64,000 nucleotides of DNA from Diplonema japonicum (taxonomy: Eukaryota > Protista > Euglenozoa: Diplonemea), in NCBI GenBank assembly GCA_964019335.1, contig OZ025666.1, forward strand, positions 496,001-560,000. Reading direction: 5' to 3'. The notes beneath the pieces are model-generated. The model was given only the letters and a program-made list of their open reading frames with translations, made no database searches and was not told where the DNA came from. The translations under genes and the position numbers were made by a program. Within the stretch, counting starts at the first letter, position 1; each line of letters begins with the position of its first letter. This document shows, in pieces, positions 44,601 to 56,627 of this stretch.

Positions 44601-47303
44601 ACACGGGAGGTCGATGTTGACAAAGAGATAGACGGGTTGCACTTGATCGGCACAGTGGTGGACAAGGTGGAGCCGAACAGTAACGCGGCAAGGGCAGGTA
44701 TACTTCCTGGCAGCAAGATCCTTAAAATCGGTGACGACACTGTGAGCAACGAGGAGAGTGTGTATGACGCACTCGAGGCATCACAGTACGTTGTCACAGC
44801 CACGCTTCTCGTGCCCAGCGCTGCTGCAAGATTGCAAGAGCTAGAAGCGGAAGTCAACGCCCAGCCAACGGTACAGAAAACCCTGACACTGAAGAAACAG
44901 AGTGCCGTTGATGGACTCAAGCTGGTGGGCAGCACTGTGGTCTCTGTTGTCCCTGGCTCAGAAGCCGAGAAAACAGGCTTCTGTGCGGGCTGCAGGATTA
45001 TCACTGTAGATGGCTCTGCCAGCTGTGATGTGACAAGACAGCTGTCAGACGACGGCTCACGTGTGGAGGTGCTCTTCCCCGAGGCGCGCATCGCAGAGCA
45101 GGATGTTGCGGAGCTCCTCGCGCAACAGGCTTCCGTGAAAAGGGCAGTGACTCTACCCCCTTCTTCTGGTGCTTTAGGCATTAATCTAATGGGGAACACA
45201 ATCACGTCACTCATTCCTGGAAGTGTGGCGGAACGGGCAGGCCTAGCTGTGGGGAACAAGGTACTTCTCGTCAACGGGGAGGAGATCACGTCGCCTTCGA
45301 GACAGCTCAGTGACCCGATTCTATCGCAGCAAGGGGCAGAGCTTGTTGTATTGGCATCGTCGAAGGAAGAAGAGAGTGCGACGCTCATGGGCCTGCAGAT
45401 GACATACGAACAGCGCACTGCTGTGCTGACGAGGGAAGAAGAGGGTTTCGGACTGGGGCTGCACGGCCTTGCTGTGGTGGAAGTTCACGCGTCGAGCCCT
45501 GCTGGCAAGGCAGGCATCCCTGTCGGGTCTGTCATCGTGTCTGTCGACAATGTGGACGTGCACAGCAGTGATGATGTTGTCGATGCTCTTGCTGCCGTGA
45601 ACGGGTCCTGCTGCATCAGCTTCCTGGTGCCCCCGCAGCAGGTCAGCGTCAAGGACAAAGTTGAAACATCACCAGAAGAGCAGACCCTCAGCCTCAGCAT
45701 CCGTAGCGATCAGAAGGAGAGGACCCTCGGTCTCACCCTTCGCGGCACCACTATTGTATCAGTCACTCCAGGCAGCAATGCTGAACAGGCGGGCCTTACA
45801 AAGGGCAGTGTCCTCAGAGAGGTGAACGGAGTCCCTATTCAGAGCGAGCGAGAGGCAGCTAGCGAGTTAATCAGGGCTCTGAAGGGCAGTGCCACCTCTT
45901 GTCAGGTTGTTGCTCGCCTGCCGAAACCAGCAAAAGATGCTAACAAAGAAGCTCTGTTTGCAACGCAGAAGGAGCTGGCGAGCCTAAAAGACAAGCACAT
46001 GAACGAAGTGGGAAAACACATAAGCGAAGCGAGCAAGCTGCGTAGGGAGTACAGCGATGCATGTGAAGAACTGGCGGTCCTGAAATCGCGTCCGAGTGAC
46101 AGTCAGGCCAAGAAGATGTTCCAAGCAGAACTCGAGGAGCGGGATAAGGAGAAGGATGCTGCAAAGCGTGAAGCGAAGCGGCTGCAGGCCAGAGTGCAGA
46201 GCTTGGAGGCAGCACTGCAACAGGCCAGGTCGCAGCCGGCACCAGCAAGAGCAGAAGACCCACAGATTAGCGCGATCATCTCGAACTTGAAAGACGAATT
46301 GGCAGCAGCGAGACAGGAGCGTGACACAGCAGTCTCGGTATCAAAACAGAAGAGCATGTCTGTCGAGAACGAGATGCTGCGCAAGATGTGGACAGAGGTG
46401 AAGGCCATGCACACAGCACTGGACAGCATCATGGAAATCAAGACAGAGCAGGTGCAGCAGCCAACCAGCACGACGCAAATGCGACAAGAAGTCGACGGTT
46501 TGAGGCAAAGAGTGCGGAAGGCCCGACACAGCACCCCTCCGCCTAGACACACCACACCACCGTCGCGCGTTCAGCCGTCACCGTTCAAAGATCTCCCAAA
46601 ACCTGCACAGCACACCACTTTTGCACGGTTTGGGTTGTCACTATCGGAAGCACTGCGCACGGCGAACGGAACAATCGACTACAGCGGGGTGCGTGTGGTG
46701 GAGGCAGCGGCACCTGCTGCACCGGCGTTGAAGCAAGGCGACATGATCACCCATGTCAACGGTGTACTGATATCGTCTTTGGAGGACTTCAGGTGTGAGG
46801 TGGAGACAGCGACACCTGGGACCACAGTGATCTTCACCACACGGCGGTGGATGGACGGCATGATACAGCACGAGTCGGTACGAGTGCAGGCCTCTGTTAC
46901 AAAACGTGTGCCAGGATCACCCGGTGGGATGAACTTCGTCCAAATGTCAGAACGAGACGGCTGCAACGTAGTCAATGTGGAGCGACGGGACAGGTCCAAC
47001 TCCAGAGGGCGCAAGGTACGCAAGAAGCGCCCGTCCATCAACATCGAAGACCCTGTCAGGATGTTCAAAGAAAGCTCCCCCACAACGTCACCCACACACT
47101 CCTTGTCCCCTGTGCGACGGACGTCATCACCCAGGAGTTTTTACACACCTGCTGAGTACCTTAAGCGTGCAATCGAAGTCCTGAACGACCCAATGGAGGC
47201 TTATCCTTCACCAACATCACCAAGCCCCGAGCGAGGGGGTGCGTTCCTTCCGCATTACGGGTCTGCGTGGGAAACAGAGGCCCCCAGTACTAGTACGCCT
47301 TAG
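41613..47303 (+). CDS. Giant multi-PDZ protein with ADP-ribosyltransferase-like domain, EF-hands, Tudor-like domain and coiled coil, 3 exons
   Basis: Introns 43188-43224 and 43324-43364 join the two long ORFs in frame; about 8 PDZ-like units; ARG / ASC / KYPKEAELLLPP ART motifs. Confidence 0.8.
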
Positions 47304-47411
47304 ATACATATTATTTTTTTTTATTACTACTGAAAAAAGAAACGGAGTAATATTTTATACAGAGGTTGGAGGTAGAAAGGCAAAAAATAAGGAAAAAAGA
47401 GAGAGATATTC

Positions 47412-47679
47412 ATGATGACCGCGATTATTGAAGAGCGTTTGATCTGGGCTGATGATTACAACGACGAAATCGATGAGGATTTGGTCCCTCAGCTAGATCC
47501 GAGAGCAAAGTATGACAAGGGAAAAAAGAAGAAAACAAAGGGGGGGTAACAGGCCGTTCTGTCCCAGTTTGCAGTCTTGCAAGCGGGGCCTCCCTACTGG
47601 GTTGATTCCCGCCCCTCCTTGCTGTGCGCCTTTCGTGAACCAGGGCCCCTGGTTAGATGCTCCTCCTATCCAGCTTTGA
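47412..47679 (+). CDS. 74-aa PAM2-motif micro-protein, 2 exons (not in ORF track)
   Basis: Removing intron 47510-47552 (GTATGA...TAACAG) gives ...VPQLDPRAKPFCPS..., matching PAM2 LNxxAxxFxP. Confidence 0.65.
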
Positions 47680-49501
47680 GAAGCTGGAAAAAAGAAGAAA
47701 TCTCCTGTTTTTCTTTTTTTTTTCTTCCTCTTACCAGCATTCCGATTGATTTGTACCTTACGGTCCACCTCCCCTCTCCAGGCTCTCCCTTTTTTATTTT
47801 TTTATTTTTTTTTATTCTTATCTCGAGACAAAAGATTTTCTCAGTGTTTTTTTTTTTTTAAATAAAATTTAGAAGAAAAAAAAACCAAGAAATAGGGGGC
47901 AAAAAAGGAGAAACAAAAAAAAAAACAAAAAAAAACGAAGAAAAGACCTTGTTTTTTTTGGGGGGGGTTTTTTTGTTTTGCCAACATTTCTCCCCCCCGT
48001 ATCATAATGAGTTTTTTTGGAAGCTACTTAAGCTTAAGAAATCGAGAGTCGGAAAAAAGATGAATTTTTTTTTATAATCACTACTGGGGGTGTTTGTTGA
48101 CTGCTGCTCCCAATCGATAGTGAGTTCACGAAAACGGTGAAATAAAAAAAAAGAGAGATTTTAGAAGAAATCTACTATTTACTTGTACACACAAAAAAAA
48201 AAAGCTTTATTTTTTACCACCACGTTGATGACCCCCTTCTCTTTCCCCCTCCCCTCACCCTTTCTTTTTTCTTAAGATGGGAAAACACAACAATCGAAGA
48301 AAGAAGAAAAAAAAAGAAAAAGAAAAGGAGGCGAAGGTCCTTTATTTTTTTTTTCTTTCTCGCAATTTTTCAAAAAGAAAAAAATAATGAAGATGTGAAA
48401 GGGGGGGGGGGGAGAAGAAAAAAAAAAGAAAGGTGTTGTCCACCCTTTCTATACTACCGCGATTTTATCAGTAAACAGAAAAAAAAGAAAAAATAATTTC
48501 CTCCCCCCTCGTCTTCGTTTGACAATCGGCCTTATCAATGAGGCAGCTGTATTGTTGTGCGCTTGTAAGCCACTTGCGCTCCTTTCTCTGCTTTATTTTA
48601 TCCCCCCCTCCTCTCTCCTCTGTTTCTCTCCTTCTCTCTTTTCCTTTGGGCGTGTGTCTGATCTATTGTTTTAGGTAATAGAGGGTGGAGAAAAAAAAAA
48701 GTTCTGTTATCTCTTCCTCTTCTCCCCCCCCCCCCCCCCTTTCCATTATTTATCACTTAAAGGGGAAAAAAAAAAAAAAAAAAAGAGAGCTTGTGCCTCC
48801 TTCTTTTTCCCCCCCGCCGCCACTCGCCGTGCTTTTTGTGTATTTTTTTTCTTCAAAAAAAAGGAAGTCTTTTTTTTTAAAAGAAAGACACCTTTTTTTT
48901 TTTTTGAAAAACCACAGGAGCATAATGGCGCGGCCATTTTGCTACAAAAGCTCTCCCATCACAATATTCATGGAGGAAAAAAAAAAAAAAAAAAAAAAAC
49001 GATTTTTTTTTATTTGTAAAAAAGAAGAAGGGGAAAAAAAAAGAAAAAGGAAAAAAAAAAAAAAAACGAGGAATATGGTTTGGGCTGCATAAATAGTTAT
49101 ATTTACAGCAAATTTACTAGAGTTAGAAAGAACAAGAAAAAAAAAAAGGAAACGAGGAGGAGGACGAAATTAGGGTGGACTACAGGATGCAGCTCCTGAG
49201 TCACACTTTTTTTTTTCTCCCCCAAAGCAGTGTTGTTGTTGTTGTTTTTTTTTTTTTTTTTTCTTCTCTCGAAAGTCTGTAATTCGAAAAACGCATTTTT
49301 GCTACTTTCTTGTCCTGCATAGGCCCTTGGAGTGTGGTGCTCGTATCCGCAGAACCGTGGTTACCCCCCTGGTTCTCTCCTCCCTTCCTGGCCCTAGTAA
49401 TGGATTCAAAAAAGAAAAAAAAAACGAAAAGAAAAGCGCATGTATCGAAGGGTCTCCCCCCCCGTTCGAGTTCGTGTTATTTCTTTGTTGTCTTGAGAGG
49501 T

Positions 49502-49538
<37 letters not shown>

Positions 49539-49995
49539 ATAATAATAATAAAACAAGGATTCTTTCTTGTGTCTCGACTTGGGATTTTTTTTTTTTTAAA
49601 TAACTTCCCCTCTCCTTTTCTCTTCTTCTTTTTTTTCTTTTCCCCGCTTACCAAGGAGTTGTTCTTGTGGTGCCTTTTTACCCCATTTATTTTGGAAAAA
49701 AAAAAAAAGGAAAAAAAAAGATGAGACCATTACTTTATCGCGATTAAACACCTAGTTGATGGCTAGCGGTAGATGAGTAATAATTTATGAACATCAACCG
49801 CTCGGTCATGCAAGAAGAAAAAGAAATGGGCGAGGAAAAAGATCACCGAGGCCAAGAAAACACCTGGTAAAACAAGTTTTTTTTTTTCTTCTTTTTTTCG
49901 CCCCTTAACCGCTTTTTGCGGTGCTTTCGCCTCACCCCCCTTCCCCCCTCCCCTCCCTCTCACCAAAAAAGAAAAAAGATTTTTTTAAAGAAAAG

Positions 49996-50157
49996 GCAAG
50001 TAGGGGGTGTGTTGTTACGTTATGATGGTATACATTTTCACTACAAAAAAAAAAAGAAGAAAAAAAGCAAAACATTTTCCCATTCCAAACGCAGGATGGA
50101 AAAAAAAAAAAAAATGGAAAAAAAAAGAGGAATCGTGTGATAGGCAAGTAGGGTGGT

Positions 50158-50191
<34 letters not shown>

Positions 50192-51841
50192 CATATTTCA
50201 TTCCCCTTTCCCCTTTCAGTCCTCAGGCAGTGGAGTTGTCCCAAGGCTGCTAGATTGACGACCGCAGAATAAGATAAGTTATATGGAAAACCAAAAAAAA
50301 AAAAAAGAAAAGGATTACAACATGAGTTTTTTTGCTAAAGGCAAGCAGGGAGGTGTACTTGTCCCTTTATCCTTTATCATAAGGGACCACTGAATGATAA
50401 CCGCAGATTTTAAAAAAAAAAGAAAAAGAAAAGGGGGGAAATATAGGCAAGTAGGGTGGTGTTTCTTCCCCCCCCCCCCCCCCCCCTCTCAGTCCGAAGG
50501 ACTGCTAGATTGACAACCGCAGAAAAATACAAGATATAGGAAAATAAGAAATTGCTAAAGGCAAGCAGGGAGGTGTACTTGTCCCTTTATCCTTTATCAT
50601 AAGGGACCACTGAATGATAACCGCAGATTTTTTTTTAAAAAAAGAAGAAAAAAGGAATATATAGGCAAGTAGGGTGGTGTTTCTTTACTTCTTTCCCCCT
50701 TTCAGTCCTGAAGGACTGCTAGATTGACAACTGCAGAAAAAAAAGATTTTAAAAAGAAGATCCCAAAAGAAGGTTGATGGAGGCAAGCAGGGAGGTGTTA
50801 CTTACCCTTCATCCTTTTTTTTTTCTTCATAAGGGACCACACTGAATGATAACCGCAGATTTAAAAAAAAAGGAATAAAAAAGAAGAAGAAAAGGAACTA
50901 CAACGCAAGTAGGGTGTGTGTTTCTTTACTTCTTTCCCCTCTCAGTCCGAAGGACTGCTAGATTGACAACCGCAGAAAAATACAAGATATAGGAAATTAG
51001 GAAATTGCTAAAGGCAAGCAGGGAGGTGTACTTGTCCCTTTATCCTTTATCATAAGGGACCACTGAATGATAACCGCAAGATTTTTAAAAAAAAGAAGAA
51101 AAAAAGAAATATAGGCAAGTAGGGTGGTGTTTCTTTACTTCTTTCCCCCTTTTCAGTCCTTAAGGACTGCAGATTGACAACCGCAGATTTAAAAAAAGAA
51201 AAAGAAGAAGGAAAAAAAAGAAAGGATCTTATGTTGGGGTGTCGTGTCCCTTAATCTTTTATCACAAAGGGACTTTTTCCTTTTTTTTTTATAAAAATTT
51301 TTTTTCCTCTTATATAATGAATGGTATCTGAATGTGAAGAATAAACAGAGGTTGAATACTCTGGTTCTTTTTTTTTTTTTTTTTTCCAGTGTCTGGCTCA
51401 GATTGCCATTTGAATGACCACCGCAAATAAGTAATTGAAAAATAAAAGGGGGGAAAAGAAAAAAGGGTAGCGTTTTATTGACGATTCCTGTATCTCCATT
51501 GACAGGGACCTCAGAAGAGAAACTCATGCAAGTAGGTGGGTATTTTAATCGTTAAGTTGTGATATTCCTCTTTCTTTTTTTTTTTTATTCCGAAGGGGGA
51601 AGGGAAAAAAAAAAAAGAAAAGAACACTTTTTTCATCCCGATATGTAACCCAGCTTTTTCTTTTTTTTGTTTATCTTCTTTTTTGAAGAAAAGAAAAAAA
51701 AGAAAGCTGGCTTGATTGACAACCGCAGAAAGTTCTTAAAAAAAGTAAAAGAAGGGGAAGAGAGGAATCAAAATAAAAGGAGGGTTAAAAAAGAAAAGAA
51801 AAAAGAAAAGGCAAGCAGGGGGTGTTTTGGTTTTTACGCAG
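49996..51841 (+). repeat. Tandem array of alternating A/B units with GC-AG intron-like ends and internal hairpins
   Basis: Units GCAAGYAGGG...GAWTGAYAACCGCAG at 50144, 50341, 50447, 50561, 50665, 50783, 50905, 51014, 51115; diverged copies at 49996, ~51235-51425, 51528 and 51811. Confidence 0.9.
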
Positions 51842-52245
51842 AGCGCCCTCTTTCAGCAGGTGCTGCACATGTGCCTTTTTATTTTTTTCTCTTCTTCTTC
51901 TTTTTTTTTCCCCCCTCTACTTCCTTCTTTTGGAAATACGCTATTATAGTCTAATATAGCTATTCGTAAGTTTCCCCTGTGAGCAGGGCAACCTGGGTGA
52001 ATTTGAAGTTTTTTTTTTATATTCTTCTTTCTTTTTTTTTCCAGTTAAGAAAATGTTATTCTTTTTTTTTTTTTGAAAAAAGAAATAGTGCATACGAATG
52101 TAATAAGTTTTATGGGGGGGGGACTTGTCTTTTCTCCTATGTTACTCTTGGGGGGGGAGGAGGAGGGTAGCCCCTCTCATTGGTAATTCTTTTTTTTACT
52201 CATCCTGCTCTTATTCTTAACCCCTTAAGAAAAAAAAGAGTCTTT

Positions 52246-52277
<32 letters not shown>

Positions 52278-52924
52278 GAAGAAATAGTGCATTTTCCCTG
52301 GGAGTGCATTTTAAAAAAAAACAGAAATTGAAAACGAAAGAAAAGCAAAAAAAAAAAGAAGAAAAAAAAAAGAAATTGACAAAACAAGGGTTTTATCCGA
52401 AACCCTTGGTACACGTGATAGGATGCAGTCTTTATATGGCAAAGACACCAACGCTTGGAAGTCGTAGCCGTTTCTTAAGGTCCGATCGGGGGGAGAAGAA
52501 TAGGAAGGAGAAAAGAAAAGGAAAAAAAAAAAAAAAAAAAAGGAGAAAAGAAAAAAAAAAAAGAAAAGAAAGAAAAGCACGGGTATCCGTTCGTTTTCCT
52601 TCTTTTTTTTTTTCTTCTATTCTCACCACAGAGTTTTTACATAAGAACACGTTTTTTTTTTTTTTTTAAATTTTTTTAAAAGAAATATCTTTTTCTTCCT
52701 TCTTTTTTTTTTCTTCTTCTCCCCCCCCCCCCTTCCCCTCCTCTCGTTTCCTTTCATTCCCTCTCTTCTCTCTCTCTGTTCTCATTTTTTTATTCGCTTT
52801 TTTTTTTCTTCTTTTTTTTTTTCTATATTCCCGTTCCCCCTCCCCCCCCCCCCCACCCCCTGTTATTTAAAAAATCTTTTTAAAATTTTTTGTGTGAAAC
52901 CCCCCTCACTCAAACAGACAGCGA

Positions 52925-55900
52925 ATGCTAATACTGCTCATAGCAACATGTGGCTGTTTAAAGGTAGGATTAGAAATCACGACAGGAGGGAAGGTTCTAT
53001 TCGTCAAGGAGCAGTCGGATAACAGCAAGTGGTGTGAGGGGAGGACCGAGAGAAACCATCACGTTACAGCGCCAAAGGTGAGCCCATTCACAGGGGAAGA
53101 GAGAGTTATAGTCACCACGTGCACAGGAGATGAGATTCTTGCAGTCATTGATGACCCGCGATGGCTGCACGTATGCCCCCCTGAGGGCGGTTCATCTTCT
53201 GAGACTCCTGGGCGGGTGAAAAGAGAAAAGGGCATCACAGAAGTATCCGTCCCAACGGGATTTCAGTGCATCAAGCTTCTCAACCAATCTCTTTCACTGC
53301 ATGTTGGCAACAGAAGGCAAAGAAAGGCTAAAACCTTGCTCGATGGTATCACCCACAGCACCCTTCAGCGGTCTGGCCCTGTGTCCACTCAGAACAACGT
53401 GGTGTTCCTTTCATCAGGCTACCTCTCCAGCCAGCAAGACACCTTTAATAGCGACGTCCGCAGTGCTGTTGAATTCATGAAGACGCCCTCCACAGCGCAT
53501 ATCGGGTTCAAGGAAACAGTCCCTTTTGCACGATATGCTTCAGTCCTCAATATTTTCGCTGTCTTCCAGCCTTCCGAGGAGGAGGGTGGGTCACGGCCTG
53601 CCACAAACATGCATGTTCGTAGCAACTTAGACTGCACTTACGGTGACCCTTCCAAGGGGCTTCCCGAGCGTATGCTGGCTTGCAGCATGGAGCTTGTTAA
53701 CGACCTAGCGTCCACCGCCCCTTGCGGCGCACAGGACCGCAACAATGTTGTCGTTGTCACCTTCGTCAACTCCCGGATCTACGGGGGTGCCGGTGTGTAC
53801 CACACGCAACGAGGGGGTACTGTGTACCGCCAGGCATCCTTCTTCAATGGCTACTTGCAACGCCTCGGCGAGGAGGGCACCGCAGAGAAGTTCGCCTCGC
53901 TGTTCTTCCACGAGATAGGCCATGCCTACGCGAACCTCTTCGACGAGTACTCCTTCGAGATCGCCTCACGCGGCGACAAGCCCAACGTGCCGAACTGCGC
54001 ATCGGAGCCCACACGCCCACCTTGGAAGGGGTGGATCGACCTTGCAAGCACTGATGAATACAGTGCCGTGTCCGTAGAGCCGCTCCCCGTCTGTGGGTAC
54101 ACCGACCTGTACAAACCATCAGACAGGTGCATCATGAGCAAGCTTGTCGCTGGGCGGATGTGCCCCGTATGCCGCGAGGCGGGGGTTTTGGCTTTCTACG
54201 AAACAGGGCATGATATCACGAACCCACGCTGCCCGCAGCCCGCCGAGGTGGTGGTGCTTGAGCCCGGCGAGCATGTGTACCTGTACACGAACAAACGGCT
54301 TGTGATCATCGGCGACTTCAGCATCACATGGTCGCTGAACGGTGTTGTGCAGTCTACTCCAACCACACCCTCTGCTTTGAAGGTAGTAGCCGCGTCTGGG
54401 AACCAAACAGGGCTGGGCTTGGGGACGCATGTTTTCACATTAACGGTGCTGGACACCACAAATTGGGTGCTGGATGCGAACAGAGTGCCCAGCATGAAGG
54501 TAGAGAGCCTGTACACTGTTATGGTCGTGGCACAGGGCTCCCGACAAGCGATGCAAGGCATCGAACAGCGGGACTGCCACACAGGAGAAGAAGGGAAGCT
54601 CTTCGACAATAGCGCAGACGGTTCCGCACACTACTCCTACTGCGACACAAGCACGAATAAGACATGTAACTTGGAGTACACCTCGAGCCCGTATCAGAAC
54701 ACAAAGAGCTTCGAAGCCTTCGCCAACAAGATGGAAGGATACATATTCGGGATAGTGGGTGCCTGTCTCGGGGGCATGTTCGTCATCTTCCTCATCGCAT
54801 GGTGGCTCATGGCGAAGGACAACACGAGGCGTGCTAAGTGCATCTTCAAAGATGAACGCCCAAGGTACCTCGAGGTGATCAGATGGACGATGGTGGCATC
54901 GGCAGTTGTCTTCATGATTGGTGCAACCGTCGCGGTCGCGGTGGCGTTGGTGTTCTACTCCCGCTTGGGGCCAATAGGCAAGCTATTTATATTTGCAGCA
55001 TTAGCGGTGTCTGTGGTGTTGTTTGTCATCGCCTTTGTGGGGTTTTCGGGTGCGTGGTACCGATCGCGTTGTGCGCTGACGATCAACGGTGTGCTGTTGG
55101 GAGGGTGCTTGTCGATGACAATCTCGTGGTTGGTGTTTGCAGTTGTATTTCACAATACACACCAATCGAAGGATTCTTGGGCACAAGGGTGGATGGAGGA
55201 TATATGGGTGTACCTTGCCGATGCCAACGATGCCATGCTGTGCAGCTTGCAGATAGCGCTGAAGTGCTCTGGGTACGCCACAAGTTGCCACCGTTTACAG
55301 TCGCTGAAATACTGCCCGGAGAACTGCGAGGCCACGCACGCCGAGTCATGGGCGAACATCCCTTGCAAGATTGTGCTGCGCGACAAGTTCGAGGACAAGT
55401 TTTCAAGTATCATCGCTGTCACAGTAGTGCTTCTTGTGTCCCTGTCCGCTGCTTGCATTCTAAACTACATCCTGCGTCGCAGCATCAACACATTTGGAAA
55501 GAACGTCTCCAGGAACATCGCGAAGAGGGATTCTGTCGTGCCTGTTGTGAAGAAGTACAACGCTCTTGACAACTCCCCCACCGGTGCAGAGGAGGTCCTC
55601 GCTCTCATCGGCGGGCTGTCCAAGGACGAACGCGTGAGGCTGAAGGACGAGTTCGTCAGAAACGACAAAGGCGGCAACGGGACCATGGACAAACGCGAGT
55701 TTCAATTCTTCATAAAAACAGCGTTAATGTACAAGGCGACGGATAAGGAGATCGACGGTGTGTTTAGTATAGTTGACAGGAAGGGTGACGGGAGGGTGAC
55801 GTTTGTGGAATTCGTGGATATGCTCGGGCTTGGGGTCGAGGAGGCACGCGGCATGCTGCAACATCCTGCAGCGCCATTGTCCTCTGTCCGCACCGACAAC

Positions 55901-56497
55901 CCGATAGACAGTCTAGGCGAGGCGAAGCTACCGCCCGTCCCGATCTCCATCTGGGAGCACAACGAGTTGGACCCTTCGCAACGGCAACGCTTCGCAAACA
56001 AGAAAACAGGCGCCATCACACACACACCACCGACAAACACGGCGAAGCATTATAACGTCAGTTACATGGAAGATTGGGAAGCACGCGGTTCGGCAGCCAC
56101 ACCACCACCACCCTTAACCCTCTCACGCATACAAAGCAATGAAAAGACGAAATGGGTGGAGGAGCTCCGTCTTGATGGGACAGCTTACTATTGGAATTCT
56201 GACACAGGGGAGGTTTCAGATACCAACCCAGAGCCGCAGCCATCTGTCGAGTCCGGTGGAGTGGCGGTGGTGAAGCAGCGGTATCAACGGCCACCTAGAA
56301 GGCAGCAAAGGGGAGGGCCGAATCGGCCCCGTACACCTCCTATTGACCCACCAGGAGGACAGCCTGCCAGAATGTTCCCCACACCCCCTGCGCACCCTTT
56401 GGTGCCGTACAGAGCGTCGCCTTTTACAGAACCGCTGCTGAGCAACAACAGCACGTTCGGGTCCACACCGGAGAAGATGACGTTGATTTCAATGTGA
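52925..56497 (+). CDS. Peptidase M64-like metalloprotease fused to a TM helix, tetraspanin-like module, EF-hand pair and WW-like domains
   Basis: HEIGHAYANLFDEY, CIM..CPVCRE (M64); 5 TMs with LKCSGY..CPENC loop; DKGGNGTMDKREF and DRKGDGRVTFVEF; WVEE..DGTAYYWN. Confidence 0.85.
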   Translation: MLILLIATCGCLKVGLEITTGGKVLFVKEQSDNSKWCEGRTERNHHVTAPKVSPFTGEERVIVTTCTGDEILAVIDDPRWLHVCPPEGGSSSETPGRVKREKGITEVSVPTGFQCIKLLNQSLSLHVGNRRQRKAKTLLDGITHSTLQRSGPVSTQNNVVFLSSGYLSSQQDTFNSDVRSAVEFMKTPSTAHIGFKETVPFARYASVLNIFAVFQPSEEEGGSRPATNMHVRSNLDCTYGDPSKGLPERMLACSMELVNDLASTAPCGAQDRNNVVVVTFVNSRIYGGAGVYHTQRGGTVYRQASFFNGYLQRLGEEGTAEKFASLFFHEIGHAYANLFDEYSFEIASRGDKPNVPNCASEPTRPPWKGWIDLASTDEYSAVSVEPLPVCGYTDLYKPSDRCIMSKLVAGRMCPVCREAGVLAFYETGHDITNPRCPQPAEVVVLEPGEHVYLYTNKRLVIIGDFSITWSLNGVVQSTPTTPSALKVVAASGNQTGLGLGTHVFTLTVLDTTNWVLDANRVPSMKVESLYTVMVVAQGSRQAMQGIEQRDCHTGEEGKLFDNSADGSAHYSYCDTSTNKTCNLEYTSSPYQNTKSFEAFANKMEGYIFGIVGACLGGMFVIFLIAWWLMAKDNTRRAKCIFKDERPRYLEVIRWTMVASAVVFMIGATVAVAVALVFYSRLGPIGKLFIFAALAVSVVLFVIAFVGFSGAWYRSRCALTINGVLLGGCLSMTISWLVFAVVFHNTHQSKDSWAQGWMEDIWVYLADANDAMLCSLQIALKCSGYATSCHRLQSLKYCPENCEATHAESWANIPCKIVLRDKFEDKFSSIIAVTVVLLVSLSAACILNYILRRSINTFGKNVSRNIAKRDSVVPVVKKYNALDNSPTGAEEVLALIGGLSKDERVRLKDEFVRNDKGGNGTMDKREFQFFIKTALMYKATDKEIDGVFSIVDRKGDGRVTFVEFVDMLGLGVEEARGMLQHPAAPLSSVRTDNPIDSLGEAKLPPVPISIWEHNELDPSQRQRFANKKTGAITHTPPTNTAKHYNVSYMEDWEARGSAATPPPPLTLSRIQSNEKTKWVEELRLDGTAYYWNSDTGEVSDTNPEPQPSVESGGVAVVKQRYQRPPRRQQRGGPNRPRTPPIDPPGGQPARMFPTPPAHPLVPYRASPFTEPLLSNNSTFGSTPEKMTLISM

Positions 56498-56627
56498 AAG
56501 AAAGTTCTCCACTCACTTCCCTTGTTTACATGAGGGTTGTTGTTGTTCTTGTTGTTTTTTTTTTTTTTTTGTTTGTTTGTGAAAAAAAAAAAAAAAAAAG
56601 AAAAGAAAAGGGAAAAAGAAACAAATT

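Noticed and set aside
47412-47452. Box C/D snoRNA (ATGATGA...CTGA)
   Set aside because: Too short, no terminal stem, and the same bases read as the start of the PAM2 ORF.
50341-50410. Single-hairpin AGA-box (H/ACA-like) guide RNAs
   Set aside because: Units do end in AGA, but I cannot form a convincing basal stem between the 5' end and the bases before AGA; splice-site-like ends explain both termini better. Not fully excluded.
50144-51186. CRISPR array
   Set aside because: Eukaryotic context, no cas genes, two alternating unit types, and spacers that are low-complexity and themselves repeated.
48685-52669. Many Lys- or Phe-rich ORFs in intergenic DNA (also 28354-29080 and 32550-33849)
   Set aside because: Produced by A/T homopolymer runs; no protein-like composition.
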